Shown one piece after another: positions 9,969-21,400 of a stretch of 64,000 nucleotides of DNA (positions within the stretch are counted from its first letter, which is position 1; every line of letters begins with the position of its first letter). The stretch spans positions 28,962 through 92,961 of IMG/VR virus record IMGVR_UViG_3300005264_000001; one strand, written 5' to 3'. Origin of the DNA: a virus. Position numbers and translations under genes: made by a program. Below the pieces are notes generated by a model, which ran no database searches, was not told the origin of the DNA, and saw only the letters and a program-made list of their open reading frames with translations.

Positions 9969-11215
9969 TATCTAACACCACTTAAATCTCTAGCCATTAC
10001 ATCAGCAAATCCTGCTGCTCCTGCTCCACTTATTTCTCTTGAAGTGTGAACATTCACATTATTTACGTGTGAGACAGCTTGTCTCTCTCTTGCTGAACTT
10101 CTAAGACTACTCTTTGAATCTTCATCCACGTTTTTCTCTTCTCTTACAGTTATCGTTTTATCATCACTTCCACCAAATATTTTATCAAACCACTCCCCTA
10201 CTTGTTTAATAGGTTCCCATAGAGCCCAAACAATAGCCACAAGTGCTGCAACTCCCATAATTACCATTCCTAAAGGATTAGCATTTAAAGCAAAGTTTAA
10301 CAACCATTGAGCAGCTGTCCAAGCATGAGTCATAGCAATTATTCCTAAACCTACAGTTTTGTAAATTGCTAATGGAACTAATACAACACCTAAGATTTTT
10401 CCGAAGTTTTTCATTACATCTATTCCATTTTTAGTTGTTCCAAATAAGTCTTGTAACACTTCACCAACTGCTTGACCGATGTCTAAGATTGGACCTAATC
10501 CTATCATGAATCCTTCAGCAATTCCTGAAGCTAAATCTACAATTCCATTTAGTATACTAAATATTGGTCGTAATACAATATCAATTAATGGACTTATCTT
10601 TCTTAATGCTTTTGACATTATCGTCCCAAATCTCGACATACTACCTTTTAAATTACCCATGAACCCGTTCCATTTAGTTTGAATTCCTCCAACATTGACG
10701 TCCCAAGCTTTCTTTAATGATTTAAAAGCAATAACTCCAACAGCTGCAATTCCTGCAATCACTGTTCCCATCATTAAAAGTTTTGGTAAAACTGTTTTTA
10801 CTTTTAAAAGTAGACTTGAAAAATTCATATTTACAAGTCTAGAACCGTCATCAGCAATTATGAAAGCATCAGCTGCCCCTGCTAAACTAGTAGCAAAACC
10901 TACTCCATTTTCTCTCATAGCTTTAAAATTTTCAGAAGCATTTTTACTTCTATCACTAACACTAGATAAAAATCCTTTTGTGTCTTTATTTAGTAATGTA
11001 TTCAATGCTGTTACTTTTGCTCCCATACTTTCTAATTTATATATAATATTAGAAGCAGGCGATGATAAATCGGATAATGCACTTTTAGTTTTATCTAAAT
11101 TCTTTGTAAAATCTGAATTTTGTCTTGCTTGTGATATTTTATCATTTAAACTACCAACTTTACTAGACAAAGCTCCAAATCCTTTTTCTCCAAATACTAT
11201 TTCAAACATTCCCAT
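9968..11215 (-). CDS. tape measure protein (short, 415 aa)
   Basis: Helical, Gly/Ala-rich; AWTAAQWLLNFALNANPLG motif; follows the chaperone. Confidence 0.85.
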   Translation of the reverse strand: MGMFEIVFGEKGFGALSSKVGSLNDKISQARQNSDFTKNLDKTKSALSDLSSPASNIIYKLESMGAKVTALNTLLNKDTKGFLSSVSDRSKNASENFKAMRENGVGFATSLAGAADAFIIADDGSRLVNMNFSSLLLKVKTVLPKLLMMGTVIAGIAAVGVIAFKSLKKAWDVNVGGIQTKWNGFMGNLKGSMSRFGTIMSKALRKISPLIDIVLRPIFSILNGIVDLASGIAEGFMIGLGPILDIGQAVGEVLQDLFGTTKNGIDVMKNFGKILGVVLVPLAIYKTVGLGIIAMTHAWTAAQWLLNFALNANPLGMVIMGVAALVAIVWALWEPIKQVGEWFDKIFGGSDDKTITVREEKNVDEDSKSSLRSSARERQAVSHVNNVNVHTSREISGAGAAGFADVMARDLSGVR

Positions 11216-11216
11216 T

Positions 11217-11432
11217 TTATTCTTTATTTTCCTCCCTTTGTATCAATAACCAATCTGCAAATAATTCGTATATTTCTGACCACGTATGATTTTCTAAAAT
11301 TTCAAAACGTGTTTTTTGATATGCTATTGCAACTCTAGCTAAGATATATTCTTTGTAACTTCTCCTTTTATCTAAATGTGGTTGAAAAGTTTTGAGGATG
11401 TCAACATCCCCTGAACCACTTAATCTAAAAAA
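11217..11432 (-). CDS. -1 frameshift extension of the chaperone (gpGT-like)
   Basis: ATG-less open frame of about 69 codons from the slippery site to a TAA 1 nt before the tape measure ATG. Confidence 0.75.
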   Translation of the reverse strand, partial: FFRLSGSGDVDILKTFQPHLDKRRSYKEYILARVAIAYQKTRFEILENHTWSEIYELFADWLLIQREENKE

Positions 11433-11722
11433 TCTATATCCTCAGTAACTACATTATAAGCTAATGCTAATCTACTAATGATACCTTCACCTAATTCATA
11501 AAATTCATCTTCTTTTAATGTTGAATCTTTAAGTGCCCAAAATAATTTAACTAACTCTGGTGATTCTTTAATTTCAGCTGCTCTTGTTTTTACTTGAGCT
11601 GCTAATTTTCCTGATAATTCTTTAAGAGTATATTCTACTCCTCTAATAGTCGCTGTAACACTTCCATCACTATTTACTTTTGTAAATTCTTTAACCTTTG
11701 ATTTTAAATTTGTAACTTCCAT
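11420..11722 (-). CDS. tail assembly chaperone (gpG-like)
   Basis: Between tube and tape measure; ends in slippery T TTT TTA. Confidence 0.75.
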   Translation of the reverse strand: MEVTNLKSKVKEFTKVNSDGSVTATIRGVEYTLKELSGKLAAQVKTRAAEIKESPELVKLFWALKDSTLKEDEFYELGEGIISRLALAYNVVTEDIDFLD

Positions 11723-11727
11723 TTTAT

Positions 11728-12144
11728 TTATTCTGTTTCTCTAAAGTCTAATGCATCAAATGGCATACTTGACTTTGCTTCATCTGCTAATCCTACGGAC
11801 CATGTATAGTTCTTAAATACTGCTGATTTAATACTAATTCTTACAGGTCTTCCATTCTTTGAAACTACTCCCATTAAATTAAATTCTGGATTATCTCCTT
11901 CATCTAAATCTAGTAAATGTTTTACTGGTTCTAAGTCTAAACTTGAAATATCACAACTTCCACTTACTGACATTACACCTTTATTATGTGCTACGTTTTT
12001 CTTACTTCCTGCTTCTCCGATAAGTTTATTATCCCAAGCAACTTCACAAGAAAGAGAATTAATTCCTCCTACTCTTATGTCTCCTTTATCTTTTGTTTCA
12101 AAAGTGATAGTCATGTCTGTTAAATTATATGCTTTTTTACTCAT
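11728..12144 (-). CDS. tail tube protein
   Basis: 138 aa, beta-rich, immediately after the sheath. Confidence 0.75.
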   Translation of the reverse strand: MSKKAYNLTDMTITFETKDKGDIRVGGINSLSCEVAWDNKLIGEAGSKKNVAHNKGVMSVSGSCDISSLDLEPVKHLLDLDEGDNPEFNLMGVVSKNGRPVRISIKSAVFKNYTWSVGLADEAKSSMPFDALDFRETE

Positions 12145-12145
12145 T

Positions 12146-13492
12146 TTAGTTTACCTCCAATGTAATATATGATTTGTTTACAGCGTAAAATGGTGCAATC
12201 TTTACAATCCATTTAACTGCGTCTGCTCCGTCAACATCTTCTGATTGTGTTGGTAAGAACGCTTTTAGTAATTCGTTACTAACTAAACCACTTAGAATGT
12301 TATCCATTGACATAGCGTGTTTAATTCTATTTTTTGTACTATCAGGACTTCCTAAGATTTGTTCATCTGAATAATTTTGTAATAGTTGTTTAACTGAATA
12401 TACAATATCTGTAATTACTTGTTCAAATGCTGGACTTGTCTTATCACTAAAACTTGTTATAGCTCTTGATACTTTAAATACATTTTGATATTTTCCAAAT
12501 GGGATTAATCCAATACTTAAATAATTATCTTGTTCTAACTTAGTTAATGATTTTTCAATTCCTTCATTTTTAAATTCTTTCATTGTTGTACTTACACCTA
12601 AACCATAAAATGTTACCATTCCAGCGTAACCACAAGCAGAATATGAAGCATCTAAATGTTCAACAGCATTTGAGTTACTTTTATTTGTGTAATCACACCC
12701 AAGTGCTAATCTTGAAATCATTTCACCATTAGCTGTTCTTGCTTCAGATACTGAAAAGTCTTCTGCTAATGTAATTCCTGTATAGTATTGTGAAAATTTC
12801 TTCTCTAAATCAGCTCTCACTATTAATTTTCCTACGATTGTATTATGAAAGGCATCTGTTGTTTGTCCTGGAATCAATAATACATCATAATCAACTAAAT
12901 TTAAACTATCAACTGCTGTTAAAATTTCAGTTTCTGATGGTGCTCTATCTGTTCCTCCTGCTAATTGAGTAGTTGTGAAAGGTCTTACAAGATTATCTAC
13001 TGCACCACTTCTCACAGTTACATTAACCCATTTACTAACACTTAATTTAGTTACAAGGTCTGAATTTTTAACAACTCCTGTATAAATTTCAACTGAATTT
13101 CCAAACTTCACTGTTACGATTCCACTTACTGCGTCAATCTCAACTGTATATTTATTTCCTAATGTTCCCTCAGTAATTGCATCAAATACAACATCTCCGG
13201 ATTCCACTGATAATGTAGCTTTTGTACTTCCTGAACCGGCTACTCTTTTAAATTGTAATCCTGAACCAAAGTTACTAAAGAATTGTTTCACAGCTTTTAC
13301 TCCTGTTAAACCTCCTGTATTATCATCACTTCCAAATTTATTAGCAAAATCACTTTCTCCAGTGATTGGTGTTAATTCATCTATAATTCCTGAATTAGCA
13401 GTTCCTAACATAATTGTTTTTCTTGTACTAACTCCTTGCGCCAGACTTTGTAAAAAGACTGTACTTATTTTTGTTTCTGGTAAATATTCCAT
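12146..13492 (-). CDS. contractile tail sheath protein
   Basis: A..EG..GN.Y.VEI and LAGGTD motifs; C-terminal KIAPFYAVNKSYITL. Confidence 0.85.
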   Translation of the reverse strand: MEYLPETKISTVFLQSLAQGVSTRKTIMLGTANSGIIDELTPITGESDFANKFGSDDNTGGLTGVKAVKQFFSNFGSGLQFKRVAGSGSTKATLSVESGDVVFDAITEGTLGNKYTVEIDAVSGIVTVKFGNSVEIYTGVVKNSDLVTKLSVSKWVNVTVRSGAVDNLVRPFTTTQLAGGTDRAPSETEILTAVDSLNLVDYDVLLIPGQTTDAFHNTIVGKLIVRADLEKKFSQYYTGITLAEDFSVSEARTANGEMISRLALGCDYTNKSNSNAVEHLDASYSACGYAGMVTFYGLGVSTTMKEFKNEGIEKSLTKLEQDNYLSIGLIPFGKYQNVFKVSRAITSFSDKTSPAFEQVITDIVYSVKQLLQNYSDEQILGSPDSTKNRIKHAMSMDNILSGLVSNELLKAFLPTQSEDVDGADAVKWIVKIAPFYAVNKSYITLEVN

Positions 13493-13495
13493 TTT

Positions 13496-14107
13496 TTAAT
13501 TTTCTGTTTTTACTTCGATTCTAGAATCTGTTATTAGTTTTCCAGCAATTCCTGTAATAGGGTCTGCTTTTCCGTAAACTCTTTTCCACGTTTCCATGTA
13601 TTCAACTCTATATTGTAATCTTGATGTCCAAAAATATTTCCCGTCATCAAATGATTTCTCTTCATTAATTAAATCAAAATCATAAAAGATATCTTTCCAC
13701 TCATCTAATGTTGAATTTACAAGATAACTTACAATTCCTTTTACATATTCATTTGCTGCTTTTCCGTATATTGTGTGAACACTTTCATCTGGTAGAGTTA
13801 CAGTAACAACTTTATCTTTATTTCTATGAGTATATACCCATAGATTCATTTTTGTTCTATATCTACGTCCGTATGTTTCTTCTATGGTACCGTCTGTATT
13901 GTGTACAATACATAAAAAATTATCATCACCTACTGGAACATACTCTCCATCTTCTGAAAGTTCATATGTTACTTGTGGTAAGTTTGCCTTAGTCTCTGGA
14001 TATGTCGGATAAAACCATCTAGACCCTATATTAAAAGGGTTTGCATATTCTTTTACTAAGTCTTCCATCTTGAAGACTACATCTACATTTGTTATTCCTG
14101 TTTCCAT
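13496..14107 (-). CDS. tail terminator / neck protein
   Basis: Upstream of the sheath; YP....LP.V pattern. Confidence 0.5.
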   Translation of the reverse strand: METGITNVDVVFKMEDLVKEYANPFNIGSRWFYPTYPETKANLPQVTYELSEDGEYVPVGDDNFLCIVHNTDGTIEETYGRRYRTKMNLWVYTHRNKDKVVTVTLPDESVHTIYGKAANEYVKGIVSYLVNSTLDEWKDIFYDFDLINEEKSFDDGKYFWTSRLQYRVEYMETWKRVYGKADPITGIAGKLITDSRIEVKTEN

Positions 14108-14242
14108 TTTTTCCAGAGACTGAGTTGTTACAATCTAAAATCAAAGTAAGGTAGTAATTAACCTTAATATTAATAAATTAATTTTCTTTTTTAAATATAT
14201 TTTAAAAGATAGATTTATAAAGACGTATCTATTCTTTTTAAT

Positions 14243-14674
14243 ATGTTAAATAAAAAACTACTTAAATCACAAAAAGTCACATTGAAGAATGTGAAAAAGA
14301 TAGAGGAACATATGGAGACATCTAAAGATTTGATGTTAAAGATAAATGAAGGACTATACACTATGAGTGATAATTCAATATTGGAGTATATTGTAGATAC
14401 TTGGAAATTAAATGAAAGAATAATACAAAACTTATGGAATTTTGAATCTAATGAATTGTATGTTGTTCATAAACTTATATCGTCGATTGAACACGATATC
14501 ACTCATTCTAAGATGAGATTATTACTAGGTAATAACATTTATCACAAAGTAATAGAAACACCTCAAATGATGGCTAATACGTGTACAATGATAAATGGAG
14601 AAATAGCAATATATCCTTGTGATATTAAGAATGCTATAAATGGTTTGTTAGGTAATTATACTTATTTTGATTAA
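14243..14674 (+). CDS. hypothetical protein (opposite-strand island)
   Basis: TATA (GATTTATAAA) 21 nt upstream. Confidence 0.65.
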   Translation: MLNKKLLKSQKVTLKNVKKIEEHMETSKDLMLKINEGLYTMSDNSILEYIVDTWKLNERIIQNLWNFESNELYVVHKLISSIEHDITHSKMRLLLGNNIYHKVIETPQMMANTCTMINGEIAIYPCDIKNAINGLLGNYTYFD

Positions 14675-14732
14675 AATGGATGATTCACAAGTATTTGTAA
14701 TTATAATGATTATTTTATGGTTATTATTCTAA

Positions 14733-15158
14733 TTATTTAACATTGAAAAATTCATATTTCTTGTATAGTATTTTCATAAATTCTATATCGATTAAATTAT
14801 CAAATCCTTTTTCTAGATTTTTATCGTTTAATATCTTATCAATAAATTTAAGTGCTTTTGTTCCGGGATGATTTACTTCCGTAGCAAAACCTGTTTGACC
14901 GTTTCCAGCATTCCAAGCTAATACTCCACCCGGTTTAGCTTTAATCTTGTGAGCCTTGGTTCCATCATTTAAAAATGTTATAATATCTCCAAACGGATTT
15001 TGTAATATTACATCGTTTCCAACTATATTAACTTCCCAACCGTCTGCTGTATCTCCTGTCTTGTGTGGTGTCTTCTCAATAAATACAGGTAAATAAATTC
15101 TACTAACAGCTATCATAATTGCTTTGTTTATCTCATCTTTACTTACTTCATATGCCAT
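14733..15158 (-). CDS. HK97 gp10-like neck / tail completion protein
   Basis: TP.KTG, GTKAHKIKAK...LAW and VNHPGTKA motifs. Confidence 0.75.
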   Translation of the reverse strand: MAYEVSKDEINKAIMIAVSRIYLPVFIEKTPHKTGDTADGWEVNIVGNDVILQNPFGDIITFLNDGTKAHKIKAKPGGVLAWNAGNGQTGFATEVNHPGTKALKFIDKILNDKNLEKGFDNLIDIEFMKILYKKYEFFNVK

Positions 15159-15159
15159 T

Positions 15160-15585
15160 TTATTCTTTACTTGTTGATATAATATCAAATCTTACAAATG
15201 AGTCATCATAACCCAACTGTGATTGGTCAATGTCAGCAACTCTAAATCTTTTTCCATTAGTAAACTCTATTGTATTGTCTTTCATTAAATTTACTCCTAC
15301 TTTCATTATTGCACTATAAAGTACTTCACCTGCTTGGATATATCCTTCTTTTTCTAATTTCCATCTATTCTTTTTACTAGAATGAATACTAATCTCAATC
15401 TCAGTTCTATTTTCTACTTCTTTACTTTCATCTGTTGTTTTCCAACCTGTGTATGTCCCAGGTGCTTGTACTTGATTTGGAATTCTAATTAATACAGCAT
15501 TAACTTTATTCGAGTTAAATAAATATTCAAATTCTTTATTAAAAAGATTAATTGAAAATTCCTTATCTTCTCCGAATAATCCCAT
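15160..15585 (-). CDS. head closure protein
   Basis: Position and size. Confidence 0.5.
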   Translation of the reverse strand: MGLFGEDKEFSINLFNKEFEYLFNSNKVNAVLIRIPNQVQAPGTYTGWKTTDESKEVENRTEIEISIHSSKKNRWKLEKEGYIQAGEVLYSAIMKVGVNLMKDNTIEFTNGKRFRVADIDQSQLGYDDSFVRFDIISTSKE

Positions 15586-16252
15586 TGTGACCTCCGTTTG
15601 AGTAATCATGATTAATATTTACATCCATTACATCTACTCCCTTAATATTTATAGATTTTATTGAGATATCATCTTCTGTTTCATTTATGTATTCGTCAAC
15701 ACTTTGTTTATCGAATACAATATCAATTCCATTAATTTGTTTAGTTGTCATTCCTTGTTGTAATTTGAATGGTGATAATGTTCTGAATAAATAAATAATA
15801 ACATACAACTCTTCAATTTCTTTAACAAGTAAATCTAACTTAGAAAAATCCTCAATCATATATTTGTATTGAATACTCAGTGTATGATTTGAAGGAATTA
15901 CAAATTCAGGTTTAAATGTTAAGTAACTTTTACCATTAGGATGCCCAGGTAAAAAACTTTGTATGTTAGTAACAGGTACATTATTTACAGTAAAGGGTGG
16001 TTCACTCATATAAGTAGTTATATTTATATCATCAATGTCTATTAATTTATCAAAATTAACATCCGCAATGTATTGTTTTAATTCATAATATTCTTTAACT
16101 GTTGTTGATTTGATTTCATCAGGTAAAAATATTGTCTCTAATAATCTTTTTCTAGAATAATTTAAAGCATCAATCATAATTGTATCATTATAGATAAAAT
16201 CATATTTTGTTTTAATTTCTAGTACTCTTGTTGTATCATCTAATACTCCCAT
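15563..16252 (-). CDS. head-tail adaptor
   Basis: Position; late promoter upstream. Confidence 0.5.
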   Translation of the reverse strand: MGVLDDTTRVLEIKTKYDFIYNDTIMIDALNYSRKRLLETIFLPDEIKSTTVKEYYELKQYIADVNFDKLIDIDDINITTYMSEPPFTVNNVPVTNIQSFLPGHPNGKSYLTFKPEFVIPSNHTLSIQYKYMIEDFSKLDLLVKEIEELYVIIYLFRTLSPFKLQQGMTTKQINGIDIVFDKQSVDEYINETEDDISIKSINIKGVDVMDVNINHDYSNGGHNGIIRRR

Positions 16253-16283
16253 AATAATAAATAATAAAAATTAGTTTTTAAAC

Positions 16284-16538
16284 TTATTTTAAATAAGCAA
16301 TATACCCGATTAAACTTCCTACCATTGTTAGTAAGGTTGTTATAAATAACCACATTAATGTATTTAATCTAGTTTCTGTTGTTTTACTAGCATATTTATT
16401 AGGTAAATTTTCTAAAGCTAGGAGTACTTTTGCTTCAAATCCTTTCCTTTCTTCTCTATCTTTTTCCTGCGACTCCTTCATATATTCTATGTCCTTTTTC
16501 ATTATAGTCACATCCTCTTCTAGTTTATCCATTTTCAT
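16284..16538 (-). CDS. coiled-coil protein with C-terminal membrane anchor
   Basis: Heptad pattern plus hydrophobic C-terminus. Confidence 0.55.
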   Translation of the reverse strand: MKMDKLEEDVTIMKKDIEYMKESQEKDREERKGFEAKVLLALENLPNKYASKTTETRLNTLMWLFITTLLTMVGSLIGYIAYLK

Positions 16539-16594
16539 TTTGTTTTATCTTTTAGTCTAATAAAGTCTAAAAATATATTGTTTTTAAATATATT

Positions 16595-17122
16595 TTAAAC
16601 ATTTATTTCTTGAATCTCTTCTTTTTTTATTTGATTGTGATATTCTGACTTAGTAAGAACCTTATCTACTCCAAAGTAATTAATCCATTGTCTCAATTCT
16701 TCATCAGATAAAACAGAATGTCTGTTCCCGTTTGAATCTCTTGCTCCAATACTTAATAAGATATTTCTATCTTCTGAGTCATGAGAAATACTATATTCAC
16801 TCCATGATTTTTGTTCAGTAATAACATCCCCTTCTTTATCTAGACTAGGAATCATTCTATAAGCATCGACTTCAATTTCGTTACCATCTTTGTCAATGCC
16901 AGGAACTTTATACCTTTCTTGAATCATTATAGGTTTACTTGAATTGATAAAATCTACAGGTACGAGACTGTTGAGCTTCTTGTTATCTATTTTAACTGCA
17001 CCAATAAATCCAATAATTGCTACTTCGCTTCTATAAGCGTCTATAAATTCTTGATGAGAAATAGAAGGTTTGATTATCTCTATTCTCTCTTTTGTTAAAT
17101 CTATTATATTTGTTTCTTCCAT
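16595..17122 (-). CDS. hypothetical protein
   Basis: ORF co-transcribed with the fibre cluster. Confidence 0.55.
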   Translation of the reverse strand: MEETNIIDLTKERIEIIKPSISHQEFIDAYRSEVAIIGFIGAVKIDNKKLNSLVPVDFINSSKPIMIQERYKVPGIDKDGNEIEVDAYRMIPSLDKEGDVITEQKSWSEYSISHDSEDRNILLSIGARDSNGNRHSVLSDEELRQWINYFGVDKVLTKSEYHNQIKKEEIQEINV

Positions 17123-17124
17123 TT

Positions 17125-18486
17125 TTAAGGTCTCCAAAAGTAACCATCTACTTTCACGTTTGTAATAACAGCACTTCCTGATAAAGTGTCTTCTGGGTCG
17201 TTACCTAGTCTATAAAAACTTATTATAATTTCTTCTCCAGGAACTAATGTGTTAACGGGAATTAAAAAACTTGCTGTCCTTCTTGTATTTTGATTTCCTG
17301 CTTCAAATGTATCTATAGCGGTACTTGTAAAGTCAGGAGTGTTTGACGTCGAGTAAACAAAACCATCTTTAACATGAATTGCATCTATTCCAAACTTGAC
17401 AGCACCAGCATTATCTGATGTTGGGTAACCAGTAATATTTAAGGTCATGGGGATACTTGTATCTAATCCCTCAGGAATGGTTATCGGAATAATAAAGCCA
17501 TCTTCGGTATTATCTACGAATTTATTGTCATTAATATCTCCAACCATACCATTAGCATAGTTTATGTTTTGACTTCCTGGGTTTTTTGATATGTTTTGTA
17601 ATGTGTTACTCACTCCTGCAAATAATGTTTTTTGGTATCTACTTTTCCCAAAATATTCTGTTGAACCATCTGCATTAATTTCAAATCTATTAGTATGCAT
17701 TTTTAATTGTTCTATAGTTATATCGGTTGTGATGTCAGATGTTATTAAAAATCTTGCCCAATATTTAGTATAATCTGTTCCATTAATATTTAAAGTAACC
17801 TTGTTCCATGGAACTGGTAGGTTTGACGGATTGAATCCAAATCTCCATTGTTCAGAAGAACTATTCAAAGCACCAAGAACGTTTCCTCGTTGTGTATAAG
17901 GATAATTTGCATCAGTAGCCATAAAATTTGCAGTTGCCCAGGTCGTGTCGTTTTCTAAATATTCACCAATAACATTTTCTGGTTCAACATCACCTGCAAT
18001 GTCAATCTTAGCCTTAACACCACTAAATGTATAATCACTTCCAACAAGAACATATTTTCCAGTAGTTGTCCCATTAAATAATCCGACTGTAGAACCTGTA
18101 TCGCTTGACAATTCGGTAGTTACATCTGTTGCTCCTGTTATGGTTAATCCAGTAGTGTTTGATATGTCACAATGCCACGCACTACCAACCTTAGGAACAC
18201 CTTCTGGTGTAGTGTCTTCCTTTCCAACACCATATGAATCCCCTTCTCCAAATACTGATTCTTTTGAATTACTAGGTTTTCCAACTGAAAATTGTTCAGT
18301 ACAAATAATTCCTTTATCGTCTCCTATATTAACTGCTTCTAAATAAGGAACAGCTGTTCCCTCTCCAAGATAAGTTTTCATAGCAGAGTTAGGAACTGTA
18401 ACTGAGTTCCCTTCTTCACTTACTCCACGTGTAAAATCGTTATCATCTACACTTGTTTTTATTGTTAAATTTTTTTCTTTTACCAT
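17125..18486 (-). CDS. putative virion fibre / decoration protein
   Basis: Thr/Gly-rich beta composition; late operon. Confidence 0.5.
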   Translation of the reverse strand: MVKEKNLTIKTSVDDNDFTRGVSEEGNSVTVPNSAMKTYLGEGTAVPYLEAVNIGDDKGIICTEQFSVGKPSNSKESVFGEGDSYGVGKEDTTPEGVPKVGSAWHCDISNTTGLTITGATDVTTELSSDTGSTVGLFNGTTTGKYVLVGSDYTFSGVKAKIDIAGDVEPENVIGEYLENDTTWATANFMATDANYPYTQRGNVLGALNSSSEQWRFGFNPSNLPVPWNKVTLNINGTDYTKYWARFLITSDITTDITIEQLKMHTNRFEINADGSTEYFGKSRYQKTLFAGVSNTLQNISKNPGSQNINYANGMVGDINDNKFVDNTEDGFIIPITIPEGLDTSIPMTLNITGYPTSDNAGAVKFGIDAIHVKDGFVYSTSNTPDFTSTAIDTFEAGNQNTRRTASFLIPVNTLVPGEEIIISFYRLGNDPEDTLSGSAVITNVKVDGYFWRP

Positions 18487-18488
18487 TT

Positions 18489-21400
18489 TTAATTGTTTAA
18501 TATATAATCTCCATTTTCATCTAATATAAAGTCATAGTTTTCATCTTTTAAATAAGGGTCATTAATAAATTTAAGAACCTTGTCAGTTTCATCATCTGTT
18601 AATGTATCTTCATAAACTAAAAAGTTCTTGATTTGTTGTTGCTCAGCCTTTGATACATCCATAAATATATTATGATTGTTATAAACATCTCCCAATGAGT
18701 CTTGCATATTTTTGAATGAAATCTTGTTTGGAACTTCTGCTGTATATAAAAAGTCAAGTCCCGCATCAGCCTTAATCAGTGCAGGTGCTACTGGTTCTTG
18801 AATTAATGTTTCAGCGTTGTTGTGAAACTTCCCGCTAGGGTTACTTAAGGTGTTTCCTAAAGCGTCAAGCCCTGTATTGCCTAGTTGTGCTGGAATGCAT
18901 AAAGTATCACAACCATAAATAATTCCATTCTCTCCATCAACGGTATCAATATATTTATTCCCATTAACTCTTCTCCAATCACCTAATACTACACCTGTAG
19001 GTCCTCTTGCACTTAATGTATGGACAATACCTTTTACATATCCACCAGCTTGAAGACCTAAAGTAGGATTAACTGAACTTAAATTAGGAGTAACTGACGG
19101 AATAGTTCCTATAAAAGTTAAAGTCTGAGTAACTCCATTAATACTTAATTGCAACCTGTTTGCATTGCTTGTTTCATTACCTTGGAATACTAAAGTTGCT
19201 TTAATTCTTCCTGTATCACTGAACTCAACATAACCGTAGCTTAGTGAGTCATCTCTAATAACCGCGTAAATTCTACCATTGGTATGCCATAATAATTGAA
19301 TATAAGAATCATTATCTAAAAACTGTTGAAAACAAACACTGTCAGTTGTGTTGTGTTTTTCTATATCCATACTGATATGAAGATATGATGAATTACTTAT
19401 ATCAATTGTAGGGAACTCCACATAATCATCAACTCCGTCAAACATTAAAGATGTACTAAATCCATCAAGTAAATTATGAGGTCTTTGATTATCTTTAGCA
19501 TGAAATGTACTTAAATCAGCATCAATAATAGTACCATTAGCAGTTTTTGATATTATTTCGTTTATGGTAATATTATCTATAACTCCATCAAAATAACCTC
19601 TAGTTGTAAATTGTATATAAACATCTCCAGAATCATCTAACTCAAAATCAACAGAAATTTTTCCAGTTGTTTCTGTATTTGTTATCAATTTTAAAAATGT
19701 TCCACCAAGTGTTCTTCTTAAGGAAATATCCCAGTCATCAGTTCCAGAGTTTTTTATAACATCAGCCTCAAATCTATATTTTTTTGAGTGGTCTATATAA
19801 AACGGCATTGATGTCCCACCATATTTATTAGAAACATTATCACCAGTAATATGTAATTTTCCATTATCTATTTCAAATGTATTCAAATCATTATTAACCC
19901 AACCATTTAATTCATTGTCAAAATTACCATTAGTGACTAATTCATCACCAAAGTTAATCGGAACTGTATCATAAACTGTATCTCCAGCACCTTCTGCAAA
20001 GTTCCAGTTGTTAATAATTGCTCCAGCTCTGTTTCTTCTAGTTACATTATACATCTTACCATCTGAAACTAAAGAACTAAGTTTACCAATTCTGAACTCT
20101 TGTGCAAATCCTGGCATTGTTGCTGGAAAATCTCCTGAATAATCAAGAGACACTTCTGAATCATTGATATATAATTTTACTCTATCATTACCAGTTAATG
20201 TTCCGTCATAGACTGCTCTAATACTAGCTGGGTTATCGTATTCGTTAAAGAAATATGACGCACTACTTGTAGTGTCATATTTTGCATACACTGAAATATA
20301 TCCATTTGAGTACCACATAATTCCTGCTGAATTAGTAGCACCACCGTATTGTGAAAGATTTATAATACCAGAAGAATCTTTCATAGCCTTCATTTCGAAA
20401 TCAAAATAATCCACTCTACTTAAATCTATATTTTCTTTATCGAATCTAATATATGAAGAACCATCGAACTGCGTACAATTACTTTCAACTAAGTCAGCAT
20501 TATATCTGACAAGTCCTTTGTATGTTGGTGTGTTACCTAATACGTCTTTACCATCTGTTCTGATTGGTATGTTTAATATTTCACATCCATCAATAATTCC
20601 ATTATTGTTATTATTACTTGAATCAGGTAATGTTGAACTAGTTACATTTTTAAAGTCAGCATTATATAATAAATCAGCATCACTTACTTTTATATTATTA
20701 GTTAAGTGTTCAACTTCTATTTGTGTTAATGCTCTACCCCACAATTTACTATCAAGTAGTAAACCTGACATAAATCCTACATCTGTGTTAGCTCCTAATG
20801 TTACAATAGATGTTTCAACACTTATACTTCCAGTAGAACCTCCTGATTGGTTTAATATTCCATCAACATATAATTTTCCAATTGTACCATCGTATGTAGC
20901 AACAATATCATGAACTTTTCCATCAGCAATATTGATACTCCCAAGATGAGTCACTAAATCCCAAATGTTACCATCACCAGAAACACTAAAATCTATTACG
21001 TTATTATTAGTTTCTAATGCCCAGCATCTACCTCCTTTGAACTTTATAGCTAAGCTTCTATAACCAGTACCAAAATCTTCTGATTTTACTCTAGAGTAAA
21101 TAGTAAGTGCATTAGTTGCATCTAGTGAAGTATCATTTCCTAAATTTACATAATCATTATATCCATTAAATTTTAAAGATGTAGTATATCCTTCTTCATT
21201 TTGGAATGAATCAAAACTGTTATCAGTAGCGTGGAACGTAGATAAATCAGCGTTCTTGATTTCTCCATTAACTGGGATTGTACTACATTTATAATTTTTA
21301 TAAGTTGCTGTTTCTGCTCCTGTTGAACCCAATACTAGATATGTTGTTGGTGATGTCGCAGTAAATTCAAAACTTTGAAATCCTGTGATGTCGTCACTTT

